A stretch of 64,000 nt of DNA from Veleropilina oligotropha (lineage: Eukaryota). The notes beneath the pieces were generated by a model. It was not told the origin of the DNA. It made no database searches and saw only the letters and a list, made by a program, of their open reading frames with translations. Location of the stretch: contig JBEUKZ010000126.1 of the NCBI GenBank assembly GCA_048128005.1, forward strand, positions 62,001 to 126,000, written 5' to 3'. Shown piece after piece: positions 1-13,400 of this stretch (the stretch's first letter is position 1; the number at the start of each line of letters is the position of its first letter). The position numbers were made by a program, and so were the translations under genes.

Positions 1-137
1 AAAGGGGGTTCAACTGTTGCAATGTATTCTTAATTGTCCGCGCAGAAGGAAACAGTGTGAAACTCTGTCCTGCATTTTGAGGGGATAAATAGACATGACA
101 GTATTTATGCAACATTTATTACTCAAATACAAAAAAA

Positions 138-560
138 GGTGGATACCAAGCCATATTACCAGCGAAGGCAATGAAAAGGCTGATAAAGCAGTAAGTCAGC
201 TTTACAAATTAACCAACGTACACATTTTAAAATTCCATATTAAGATAAGTACAGATTTTTACATTTGGCAATGTTGTTTCGATGATCTCATAAACTGCAG
301 AATGTCCAGGATCTTCTTGGTGAGTGGGGTCCCTCTTACAGGTTCCTGCGTCGTGAAAAAATGGTCTTGGCCAGACTGAGAATTGGGCCTTCTCACCATA
401 CTCGCTCATACTTGCTTAAAAGGGGAGCCTCCACCTAAGTGTGTTCCTTGGGCTACTGTCCTAACAGTCAAACATATTATATTGGACTGTGTTGATTTAG
501 ACACAATGCGTCAAATATATTTTAAGGCATTCTCACTTCAAAACTATTGCATTCCGAGAC
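138..560 (+). mobile_element. Degenerate 3' end of an RNase H-bearing non-LTR retrotransposon (I-group, e.g. Nimb/Ingi-like)
   Basis: Frameshifted pieces read WIPSHITSEGNEKADKA (RNase H C-terminal WxPxH..GNExAD motif), then RLRIG, and LKGEPPPKC...LTVKHIILDC (C-terminal CCHC-like knuckle). Confidence 0.7.
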
Positions 561-2354
561 AGCAAACGTGATGTTTCTTACCACAAAAGTTTACGAATCG
601 CTGTAAACAATAGGAATATCACAAGTTGTGTAATTTTTTTCATAACAACAAACACATTTGTTTCATGACCCACCCTTAAAGCAGATAAAAATTTTGACAA
701 TTAATGATGTGAAACCAGTGGCGTAGGAAGCAATTTTGGATTGGGGGGGGGGGGGGGAGGCTGGTAAGACAGAAAAAGGGCACTTTGCATAACTAATTTT
801 AAATAAAGGTTATTTTGTGCATATGTATGTGTGATTACTGTGGGGGTTGAGGATATTTTTTCAAATAGAAATATGAAGGAAGTCAAATTATGCTGTCAAT
901 GCTCCGCGTGGAGGTGGGGCCCCACGCAGAAGAACATTTTGACACTTAACCTTGTGAAACCCCCTCTCCTGTATTCTGAGATCGCTAATGTGCTATTTCT
1001 TACCCAACATCTTTGAATCATTTTCACCATTCTGTAAACGTTTACAATTTGAAAGATAGGCCAAAGACGTTTTGAAATACAGTATGAAGCTGTATATATG
1101 ACCAGGGACTACAACATTGAGGGGGTCATGATGGTCAACAGGACTGAAGGCCCTTACAAGGTCGAATTACATTATCAATGGCCTGTGTTGTGAGACCCTG
1201 TTTCCCCGGGGAGGAATTTTTTGACAAATAACCGTGCGAAACACCCTCTCCTGTATTCTGATGATGTAAATGTGATATTTCTTAACAACAGTTACGAATC
1301 ATTTCACTTCATAAAAGGTGCCTCATGCCCAGTCTGCTGTATAATAATTATACTCCCTAGAATGGCGACTGTCGGTAGATGCAGATATCTCAAGGATATT
1401 GTACGTGTGATAAAAGCTATGAACTCAGATATATACTTTGTCTTCTGTCTCGGGTCATCAGTAAAATATTTGGGGGTGAAATACCCCCCTTATTGTATAA
1501 AAATCGCAAACAATTTCATGAAGTGGGCATGGTTGATGGAGAGCAGATTTTGCTCGAGAACGGATTTTGATCTAAAATAGACAGTAAAATCAATTCTGGA
1601 TATGGTGCACACATAGAAACTATGAAGTCGGATATATACTTTTGAGTCTGCCTAAGGGCATCAATAAAAAATGGGTGGGGGGGGGGGTAATACCCATTAT
1701 TTTATAACAAACTGATCCTGCGTATATGATTTGAGTGCAAATTTAAGGGCACTTCTAATTACCCCCCCGGCTCCTATGCCATTAGAAACCCCCTCTCCTG
1801 CATTCTGATGAGTGCAAACCAAACATGTAATTTTGACAACCTTTGTTTATGAATAATTTTCACCCAAGTATTACACCACACTTTTTATCATGACCCAGCC
1901 CTAAAACCACTGTCATTTTCAAAAGGGGGACTAGAGTCAAACTTTCACAACCTGTGAACAATTGTTCGTGTGGAGTTTGGGTTCCACGCAGAGAAAATTT
2001 TGACAATTAAAGATGTGAAACACCCTCTCCTGCATTCGGTGTATTACAAAATGTTGCGTAATTTTTTTCACGACCCACCCCCCAAACACTATTTCATGAC
2101 CCACCCCTAAAGCATGTCTTTTTTGTCATGACCCCCCCCCCTATAATAAATGACCAGTCCCTTATTGAGTTATTGCCATTGTTTCAAATTTATTTTTTCC
2201 AGAGTACATCTGATAAACTGCTTAATCATATCTTTATGAAACGTGTACCGAGTAATTGGTGATATGGTACCATCTGGTAATTTTAACGATGTGTGGAGAT
2301 TATTGACAGAGTTATTGCCTTTGTTTCAAATAATCTTTGCTAACATATAATAGC

Positions 2355-3793
2355 AATTGTGAATATATCACTGGGCATGTTGATGGCATTGTGAATGTAT
2401 CACTGGGCATGTTGATGGCCTTGTGAATGTATCACCGGGCATGTTGATGGCCTTGTGAATGTATCACCGGGCATGTTGATGGCCTTGTGAATGTATCACC
2501 GGGCATGTTGATGGCCTTGTGAATGTATCACCGGGCATGTTGATGGCATTGTGAATGTATCACTGGGCATGTTGATGGCATTGTGAATGTATCACTGGGC
2601 ATGTTGATGGCATTGTGAATGTATCACTGGGCATGTTGATGGCATTGTGAATGTATCACTGGGCATGTTGATGGCATTGTGAATGTATCACTGGGCATGT
2701 TGATGGCATTGTGAATGTATCACTGGGCATGTTGATGGCATTGTGAATGTATCACTGGGCATGTTGATGGCATTGTGAATGTATCACTGGGCATGTTGAT
2801 GGCATTGTGAATATATCACTGTGTGCATGTTGATGGCATTGTGAATGTATCACTGTGGGCATGTTGATGGCATTGTGAATGTATCACTGGGCACGTTGAT
2901 GGCATTGTGAATGTATCACTGGCATGTTGATGGCATTGTAAATGTATCACTGGGCATGTTGATGGCATTGTGAATGTATCACTGGGCATGTTGATGGCAT
3001 TGTGAATGTATCCATGTGGGGATGTTGGTGGCATTGTGAATGTATCACTGGTCATTTTTATGGCATTGTGAATGTCTCACTGTGGGCATGTTGATGGCAT
3101 TGTGAATTTATCACTGGCATGTTGATGGCATTGTGAATGTATCACTGGGTATATCGATGGCATTGTGAATGTATCACTGTGGGTATGGTGATGGCATTGT
3201 GAATGTATCACTGGGTATGTTGATGGCCTTGTGAATGTATCACTGTGGGCATGTTGATGGCATTGTGAATGTATCACTGTGGGCATGTTGATGGCATTGT
3301 GAATATATCACTGGGCATGTTGATGGCATTGTGAATGTATCACTGTGGGCATGTTGATGGCATTGTGAATGTATCACTGTGGGTATGGTGATGGCATTGT
3401 GAATGTATCACTGGGTATGTTGATGGCCTTGTGAATGTATCACTGTGGGCATGTTGATGGCATTGTGAATGTATCACTGGGCATGTTGATGGCATTGTGA
3501 ATGTATCACTGTGGGCATGTTGATGGCATTGTGAATGTATCACTGGGCATGTTGATGGCATTGTGAATGTCTCACTGTGGGCATGTTGATGGCATTGTGA
3601 ATGTATCACTGGCATGTTGATGGCATTGTGAATGTATCACTGGGCATGTTGATGGCATTGTGAATGTATCACTGGGCATGTTGATGGCATTGTGAATGTA
3701 TCCATGTGGGGATGTTGGTGGCATTGTGAATGTATCACTGTGCATGTTGATGGCATTGTGAATGTATCACTGTGGGCATGTTGATGGCATTGT
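2355..3793. repeat. Minisatellite with a ~32-bp unit (GGGCATGTTGATGGCATTGTGAATGTATCACT), ~44 copies with 31/34-bp variants
   Basis: Tandem array visible directly; the overlapping ORFs are repeat translations. Confidence 0.95.
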
Positions 3794-5331
3794 CTTATTG
3801 TTAAAACAAGACAAACTGAAAATTAAATGTTTTATTTTTGTTGCTTACAAAAATACAACAAAAGAGTGTCTGAACTTCAGCAAAATAGCACTTCATTTAT
3901 AATCAGGCAGTTCGTACACAGAGGGTAACTAACTCAAATGACCACACATCTAACATATACAACAATATCAGCATTCAATATTAAATTTAAATACAGTACA
4001 TGTATAATATATACTGTCAATTGCACAGTTGCAAGAAAGTTGAATAAAAGTAGTAAGCAAGTACACAATACTTACAAACCAATGATGCAATATAAACAGG
4101 AAGCACCAGCGGTAAAAACATATACTCAACCAAATAAGAAAGGCATGTACTAGGTTAACAATTTGTGAAAAATTAATGCAAGCAAACATTTCTCACACAG
4201 TAACATTATTTGTTTCATTAATAAATTGCCTTTCATTTAATTCATTAATGATCCGAGATGGTAATCCTCTGCCATTGCAATACCATCCGAAATTGAACGA
4301 GGATCACTATGGTTGTAGCCAAAAGTCTCTATGACGAATAGATTTCCTGCAAGAGCAGAAAAAAGTAAAATCTGGATATGACGTCTTCACATCCGGATCA
4401 CCACCAAAGTCGTATTGATTGGTTCTTGGTCGAAGACCGATTACACAATTTTAGTCAAAATCTGTCTGTAACTTATTGAGATATTCTGTTGACAGACAAG
4501 TATGTTCACCTGTTCCCTGTATATTTATCTACAGTACTATACGACAAATATTGAGAATGATAGAGCACATTTTTGTTAAAGTCAAAAAATCTATCCATAC
4601 TCTTATTATACCATAAGATGAAGAATGCTATCGGAAACAAGATGGCGGCACAGAAGTTTGTCGGACAAATAGTTTTTGCGCTAGAGCCGAAATGACGTCA
4701 TAATATATGCATTCATTTCCGGATTATGACCATAAACTAATCAGTTAAAGCTGTTCCAAATATACACCTTTTGGTGAAATTACATTCAATTTGGCATGCA
4801 TTGAAAATTGTGTCCGGTAGAATGCTAAGACAGACAAATAAACGGAACAGACAAACAACCCAACAAACAGGCAAACAAATAACGTTAAAAGAGTCGAAAA
4901 TAAAACTCCATGACGGAGGTAATGAAGAAATGATAGTGTCTGAAAAATGCCTTTTAGCATTAAATTTTCACAAAGTGTTAGTATTGACATTATATAAAAG
5001 TGGGGTGTGCATTTTTTTTTGGTTGAGTATATTTATATATAAGATAAAAGGCACAATTATGCTAAAATGATAGGTATAAATATGCAAAACAATGATGCAT
5101 TCATCTATGCTCTCTCGCGACATGCAGTCTCACCAATACGTCAATAATTGTAGCCTATCCTCTAGTCTAGTAAATAAATTATATGCATTACCTGGCATGA
5201 AACAAATATTGCATATTATAATATTTTTTAATATAACGCACATTTTGGACACAATCCTTTGCTAATTACAGTTTAATCTCAATGTCTCAAAGCCCAGTAT
5301 TTATTTTAATACCTATTTCACAAATATGACA

Positions 5332-5562
5332 AGTTGAGTTGACAACTTTGTTTTACGACCCCTTTGGCAATTTATCAGTCTTAACGTGGTCGGGACACCC
5401 GGTTTAAGGTCTCGCTCCGATCTGACCGACATGCATTAGGGATATGCCATCTAATAGTTTTAAGCCTTAGAATAAGCCAGGCCAGAGCGGGCTTGAACCC
5501 ACGTCCTACTGACCCACATAACGTTTTTCCGACGCTCTAACCAGTTGAGCTATCGAGGGCGG
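5332..5562 (-). mobile_element. tRNA-derived SINE, family B
   Basis: Minus strand reads GCCCTCGATAGCTCAACTGGTTAGAGCG (A box) ... GGTTCAAGCCC (B box) ... TCAAC-repeat tail. Related decayed copies near 8905-9130, 12780-12960 and 40485-40715. Confidence 0.7.
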
Positions 5563-6783
5563 TAAATATGAAAAGTATAACGAGAATAAAAGGATTTCCA
5601 GATTAATGGCGCAGTCTTTAATACAGATTTAATTTCCTTATAAAATTAACCGGCTTGATTTGAGTGACAAAAGTGATACATTTCATATTTACATCTCTAC
5701 ACAAATGGGCCATTAAATGGCTAAAAATACATCAGTCTTTTACAATAATTAAGTGTCACAGATATTAAATTGCAATAAATAATGTACCACTCTTTGTAAA
5801 ATCCTGACGGTGCTCCTTGTTTGATCGGCCAGTCGCCAATAGTTTAATCATGAATGCTTTGGTTGATTGTTAGAACTTTTGCACCATTCACCTTGACCAA
5901 CAGATAACGACCTAGACGGACTGACCGACCAATCAGAATATTCCAGGTTAACAAAATTTGTTTATATTCACTTCAAGTACAGTGAACATGACCGATTTCT
6001 GTCCAATCGGAGCGACCGTTGATATGCAGTGACATAAAAATACAAATGAGTTCAAATTAAACCGGTATAAAAAGAGTACAATTAATTATAACAATAGCCA
6101 TATTCTAGGTTGCAACATAATAAAACAATAATGATATGCAATGTAAACGATACGTCACTATCAGGAAATATAATATTGCGTGTGTGATGATGATTATATA
6201 ATGTATGACATTGAATCTTGCTTGAATATCTACAAATTATTAGTTGAACAAACATGTTAATTTTTGTAATATACAATTCGCATATAAAATTGTTTTAGTC
6301 TATGCTTAATATCCCTGTTCAGGGTCATTCATATCAGCACCTGTCATATTATTGCAGGAGGAAATTCCAGTCACCAGGAAAACCTGCCTGCTTCTTATCG
6401 ACAACTGTGACTGTTAATTGAGCAGTCAAGAGAGTGAATTGGGAGCCTCGATCTTATCTGTTTATTACACTACAGAACGGTCCACATCATAGTTCCATGT
6501 TCAACGTATGAATTAAAAGTAAAACCATTTTAAAGGCGGCGTAAGATTTACCATATTTCAAAGTATCTGAAATTAAAGAATTCTTATCTGTGATATTTTA
6601 AAATAAACTTGTGGCTTATGCTACTATAAAAAGATCAATGAAGAAGTGCTAAAATTATAAACGGCATCAAAATACACTAGGATAAAAATGACGTATATAC
6701 AGGAGTATATATAGGTAAACAAAAACAACACAACAAAAATAAATAACAAAAAAACCATAACACTAACTGAGGTCAACAACATA

Positions 6784-7575
6784 CCATATTTGACCTATTT
6801 AGTGCCCCTGCTCCTATAAGCGCCCCCTAGCATATTTAAAATTTTACATGTATAAGCCGCCCCTTGGAGGAATAGTTCTATTTGCATAGATAACGGCAAC
6901 ATCTAACAGTATGCTTTAATATCAGTTTTACTCAAATTTAATCAGTCAACTTCCCCAAATATACGTCGCACATTCATATTCCTTCGACGGAAGATTCACT
7001 TTCGGTTTCCCGGATGGGTTATCCCCCTGTGCTGCACTCTCCAACAAAAAGAGTACGAATACTCCCTACAATGTAGGATTGTGAAATCACGTTTCTGCGT
7101 GGGGGAGTTGATATTCAATGAAAGTGGGATGTTTGCGAGCCTCAACGATTACTACGCAAATGACACTGTCTAGCAATGAATATGTTACCAGGACAGATGA
7201 CGTAAATAATTATTGCTGGTTCATTTATGTAATGTTGAGCAAGTTTGAGAGATTTACAATGCGTTGCCGACACGTCAATGGCCCGTGTGACACGTGGTCT
7301 CGCTCGCACTTTTTATTGTCGGTTCACACTGCTGTCAGGGTGAGTGTCGCGATGTAGTTTTAAGTAACAACATTAATATTTACGAATAAATATAACTGGA
7401 ATACCACCTGTGTTTCATATTATCTTTATTTATCATATTTATCGAAATTCAATTGAAAATGTTTTGCCGTTTATATAATATATGTATTTGACTACATATT
7501 AAAATAAATCCTAACTTGCGCCCCCCCTATGCCAATTTTTTAAGCGCCCGGGGCACTAAATGAGGCCGAATATGG
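6784..7575. mobile_element. Non-autonomous Tc1/mariner-type DNA transposon (MITE)
   Basis: Imperfect TIRs CCATATTTGACCTATTTAGTGCCC ... GGGCACTAAATGAGGCCGAATATGG, flanked by TA on both sides. Confidence 0.7.
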
Positions 7576-7591
7576 TAATTCCCGTAGTAAG

Positions 7592-10445
7592 CTAATAAAT
7601 ATGCACTAGTAACAAAATAACAATTGACGTTATAAATAAACTCTTGTGGTTGACATTGATGGCATCTGCACCACATGGTATTTTTGTTTCCGCGTCCATG
7701 GTAACGGCTTGAGGAGGCTCACTCTCTGGAGGACACAGAATTCCCATTGGCTAAAAAACAAAAACTAGATATGACATGAATTTTACACCAAGCACTTAAA
7801 AAACAATGTCACGTTCTCTATCGTAACCCATACATGCATGTAATATCTTATATTAATCCAAAATGATAAAGGCACGTGCATTTGTAATTTATCGGTCACA
7901 AATCGCCACATTTCTGACACAAAAAAATGAACACGATGACAACGTCAGTATATCACATAATCCAGAATGAGAAAAATATAAATAAATAATGTTGTATACA
8001 AAGTACATCTCCACTGTTAAAAGTGAAAATGTTGAAGTGTGAAGTTGCGAGGCTGATTATTATCAGTCACCTGGCAGATTTCTTTGCAAGAGGGACACAC
8101 GATTGCACCGGTGTGAAGCCATCGCGTCGTGACTAGAGACAGACGGACAACCTGTCCCGCTCGGTGGCACTGGAACGATTTATTCTGGACTTCAATAATC
8201 AGCCCGGCCTCCTCGCTGCATTTAAACTGAAATATACGAATGAACAAAATAATGATAGTGAATAGGATCATCCATGCTCAAAGATATCGACACAAATATA
8301 TTGTAGATGTAAATAATTACAAATATATTGTAGATGTAAATAATTACAAATATATTGTAGATGTAAATAATTACAAATATATTGTAGATGTAAATAATTA
8401 CAAATATATTGTAGATGTAAATAATTACAAATATATTGTAGATGTAAATAATTACAAATATATTGTAGATGTAAATAATTACAAATATATTGTAGATGTA
8501 AATAATTACAAATATATTGTAGATGTAAATAATTACATTGCATTGTTTCAGGAGTCAATAATTGGAAATTTAGGTCGTCTCTGGCCTCTGATTCCTACAT
8601 TGGTATTTTAACAATCATCTATATTCAATTATTCATTAGGATACATTAAAAGAGTTCCTGAAGTCTGAATTTTTATCATGGAGTGTATTAGTTCTATATA
8701 TTACATCTCTTTGATGAAATATATTTATTTGAGTTTTGTGCAGCCCATAGATGAAATTTCAAAGAATGTATGCCGTTAGGACATCCGCCACGTACTCAAG
8801 GTACCATGCCACAGTTTGTTTAAATCTGTCCAGGTGTCTATAGAAAATCGCAAACAAAGACAAGAGCTACTCTTTCATATAGAAGAACAGCTGGTGAGAT
8901 GAATCATTTTAGTATTGCGACTACATTTTTGACAATTTTCAGTCTTATCTAGATCTGTAGTCGGAACCTCAGTTTAACGTCTCTTTTTAAAGAAGGATAA
9001 CTGGTCTTTAAGCCATTACTTCTATTAGTTTATAGCATTAGAATAAACCATGCTGGAGTGGGAATCGAGCCCGCAAACTATCGCCCCATTTAACATTTTT
9101 TTGATTCTCCAACAGTTAAGCTATTGATGAACAGTGAGATGTTTGTGACTCTGATCAGCCATCACTGAGACAATAACTGTCAAATGACAGTGATTTAATT
9201 AGGAATACACACCATGTGGAGAATTATGTGAACAATAGGCCTCCTAGTGCTAATTGACCCATTGTTTCAGACCATGGTTAGCTGGCCAGACTAATTTGAG
9301 CGACAACAGATTTGACAGCTTGCCAATGGAAGAGGTCGTCTCTCAATTGCCCACCATATCACCTTCTGGATCATGATATGAATGTTTTAAGGGGTTAATT
9401 ACAGCTTGCAATTTACAATGGATATCAGGGGTCGACCTTCACGGTAATCCGGTATCCCAAATAAACCAGATTGATAAACGGGATACCACATTTCGGCTGT
9501 CGGTAATCCGATTGGGAACCAGATATAACCTATTGAAAAAACATGTCTCAGATAGTCAACTACCAGATCCAGCAGACTAAGTAATTAATTTTGGTAGATG
9601 TTACAAAATCATCGAGCTCTCAACAAGTTAATTGCTTTTCCGCACGTGCCGACAGCTTCTAATTAAGCGTCTGTAAACCGCAAAGTGCATGCATTGTTCT
9701 TTGTATTATTTCATTCACACCCCAGTACAACTCAAATCCCCTTTGAATAAAATAGGAAGCCTAATTAAGCTTCATTACCGTGTGTCCTTTATTCAACTCT
9801 AGACAGTAAAATATCTATTGTTGTCGGACTGATCAATGCGACCGCCATTGACTTCCACTGTTGTTACAGCCCAGATTCCACACTTGTCGAAGTTAATTTG
9901 GGCACTGCTCAATTCAAATTAAGCTCTGCCTAACTTTCCAAGTTAGGGCAAGTGAACTCCTAGCGAACTCCTGCTTGAAGTTGTGCCCAAATTGACTTGC
10001 TCTGCACAACTTTGCATGGTTGACCAAAGTAACTTTGGCAAGGAGCCTCGTTTTCAAATTTCCTTCTTATTCCATACCAATACTGCCCAAGTTGTCCATG
10101 GCTCAAGTTAAGTTCAGGACAAAGCCTCGTTCTCGAATTTACTTTTTATTTCTAATTTTTTACACTGAAATATACTAGAGTAGCTATTATTTTTTGTCCT
10201 TATTAATGTAAATACTTAAACAAACGATTATTTAAGCAATAATTATATTTTATATAATACTATTACTGTAATATTGTTGTGATTAAAATTAATATGACAA
10301 TTTTTAATATCTATGGTGATATGAAAAGTTAAAATATTTAGTATGCAGATCTGTCAACCTTTGAAAATGGCAAAGAGGGAGATTTTTTAACACGATGTCT
10401 CGATATATCGAATTAATTCCGTATATATATATATATATATATAAT

Positions 10446-10479
<34 letters not shown>

Positions 10480-13400
10480 TATTTATATATTTATTTAATG
10501 TGCATGTATGTGATTAATTCTTGTGATAATAAGTAGAAATAAATGTAGTAAGTTTTTAGTGTTTCCTCAACATTTTAATAAGGAAATTATTTACACATCA
10601 GAAATTAAATAAATTAAATTTTCGCAAAAAATCTGTATTTACTGTTTGTCTTTTTAATAAACCCCCTTGTCAAATAAATTAGCCCGACAAACGTATTGTA
10701 CCGTTATTCTTAAATTGTGCAATGTTGTTCGGATCTTTCTTCTCATTACCGGTAATTGCAATAAAGTTATTTGTGGTCGTCGGGTAATGGCCCGACTTCC
10801 GCACATTATGAATCCAACAGAACTTAGCCACAATTGTAACATTAACGCGAATAAGTAGTTTGTAATTGTATGTGCACACATGGCGTATTTATTACCAATT
10901 AGTACAATTAACTACCTTTGTGTTTTGCCCGGTGTTATCCAAATGCCATGTGACCTTAAAATATCATACCGTTCGTAAACTGCTATACATGGATGAAAAT
11001 GAAAACGAGACCATTATGTTATTGCATTTAATATCTGCTGAAACTGTTGAACCAGGTTTAAAAGAACGCGAAAGGAAATGACGTTTCGCGTTCTTTTAAA
11101 AGATCTTTTAAACCTTTCCGTTTTGCGATAAGCACGTTGCCTACATGCTGTTTTACATTTATTACATTTAAAACGCCATTATTAAGAATAAATGATATTC
11201 TTAACCTGAAATACTAGTACAGTATTTGGAACAGTAATTGCGTATCAACAAAGAATACTGCGAAATGGTCATTAAGTACCTTGGACCGTTAAATAAACAT
11301 CATCAATGAGGGGAAGCAATTACGCCAATTTAAGGTTTCTTCGGGCTAAAGCGTTCTTCGGGCTAATTGAAGCAATTAAGGTAAATAATTCTTCGGGCTA
11401 ATTGGATAACACCGATTGCTATCATGAACCTCTGCTTTAGACATGTTTCTGGTACAAAAATGCATGAAAACGGGAGAAATCGGGAATTTTTAAAAGCGTG
11501 AGAAATTCGATATGAGCGTGAGATTGCTTCAGCAAGCACGAGACTCACGCCCAAATCATGAGACTTGACGACTCTGAGTATGGTATTTTTATTATAAAAC
11601 TAACTTATATTGTTGTCTGACTATATGTATACATAAGAGACCTTGACAATGTGTACTTATATTAATATTTCTTTTCTATACAAATATTTTTATGTTTAGC
11701 TAATAATTATATAAAAATAAATAACATAAAAATTATAAAATCGACAATAATAAAAATCGATGAAAATACTTCAGGAATCTTCTACGATAATTACCTCAAT
11801 CTCTTGGAATGCTATTTTGGGTTTACCACATGTATATGATTTTAGTAATTTTTTTGTTATTGTGATGTAAAAACATTTAAAATTCATTATTGTATTTAAT
11901 TACGGGATACCAGTTATTTTTGCGGGATACCAGACTCTTGCAATTCTGGTATCCCTGCTGGGTACCACAAATTTTAGGGACGATCTACCCATGGATATCC
12001 GCGGTGTGTATAACAGATAATACAGCTGCCACCGCTCGACGTTATAGCATAACAGCCTCATTCTGACTCGGTCTGTTATGTGAATTATAACGCTCAGGTT
12101 GGCAGTGTATTATCTATTACATGGTTCAATATTGCTCACCTCGTAGCATCCACTGCCGCTGTATTGTGGGATATGTAGCTGGGTGCACTGCTCCAAGGTC
12201 CAGGTGCCGTGGTGCTCGAAACATCTAGATGAGCGGCCATACTTCTCTAGGAAGAAGTCCATTTCTGCAACTGAAATAAACATCATTATTTTGCTAAACA
12301 AATATAAAATAAGTTGACGGCATTCACTTAGGCTGATACTCATCTGCTATCAGGGGTGCATCTGGTGTATTCCACCACCTTAGTGGTAGAACAATCTATA
12401 GAAGTGTGCTTTAAATAAATATTTGATGCTTTGTATTTTTAAGCATATTATGACCTGATATTAAATGTAATGCTCTTTATTCCCTACAGTTCTATTAAAG
12501 TCTCTCTCGGTCAGATTGACATACAAGACACATGCCTTCTATTATTTTAACCTGTCAAAAGGACCATAGCGATGCACTATCAAATTTGCCGTCGGGATAA
12601 ACTCTAGTACAAGACATAATCGCGAATATTTCACAAGAAGACTCACCAGCATTATTTTTAACATCTGTGCATCCAGATCCACGTGTGACGATGTTCTTGC
12701 TCTCCCATGTGAATTCCTAAAATAAATAACACTCGCATAGTTTCTTAAAGATAGTCTGGTTGGCATCTATTTGTGTAACAACCACTTTTTACAATTTATT
12801 AGTCTTATTGCAGTCGGGACTCGATCAGATAAAATTAATATATATGGCATATGCCTTCTATTATTTTAGTGGTCCGTGTGGAATGAGCCGCCAGCTGGGC
12901 GGTTCGAACTCCGGCCCACCTAACAACCTCGGTTGAGTATGTGACAGCTAACCACCCAGGCCGATAGTCTATGCCAACATCATATATCATACATATAATG
13001 TACATGTATATAAGTTTAAGCTATAATATTTATCAGTGTAATAAGAGACAGATATACAGATACTGTAGTATTGATGTAAGTTACTACAAAGTCACCATGT
13101 AAACAACAGACATTATTTCATTTCGCGAAATCCGCGACGTCTGATTGGTCAAAATGACGTCACGTGGAGTTTGGCAAATACTCATCTCAAACTCGACGTT
13201 TTCGTATCAAACTACACGTCGTCTGCTAGACGTCATTCGATTCTGCGGGAGATAATCAAGTGTTTTCAAGTATTTATTTGAGATTCAATCATATACATAA
13301 ATGTATATGACTAAACTATATGACTAACATGACGTTATTTATCTGACAGTCATTGTTCAGCATTGACAGGCTTATAAAGTTAGATATTTTTCCGAATAAA

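Noticed and set aside
2355..3793. CRISPR-like appearance of 32-bp repeats
   Set aside because: Units are head-to-tail with no unique spacers, there are no cas genes, and the context is eukaryotic.
5480..5562. tRNA gene
   Set aside because: A and B boxes are present, but there is no proper cloverleaf and it continues into a repeated SINE body.
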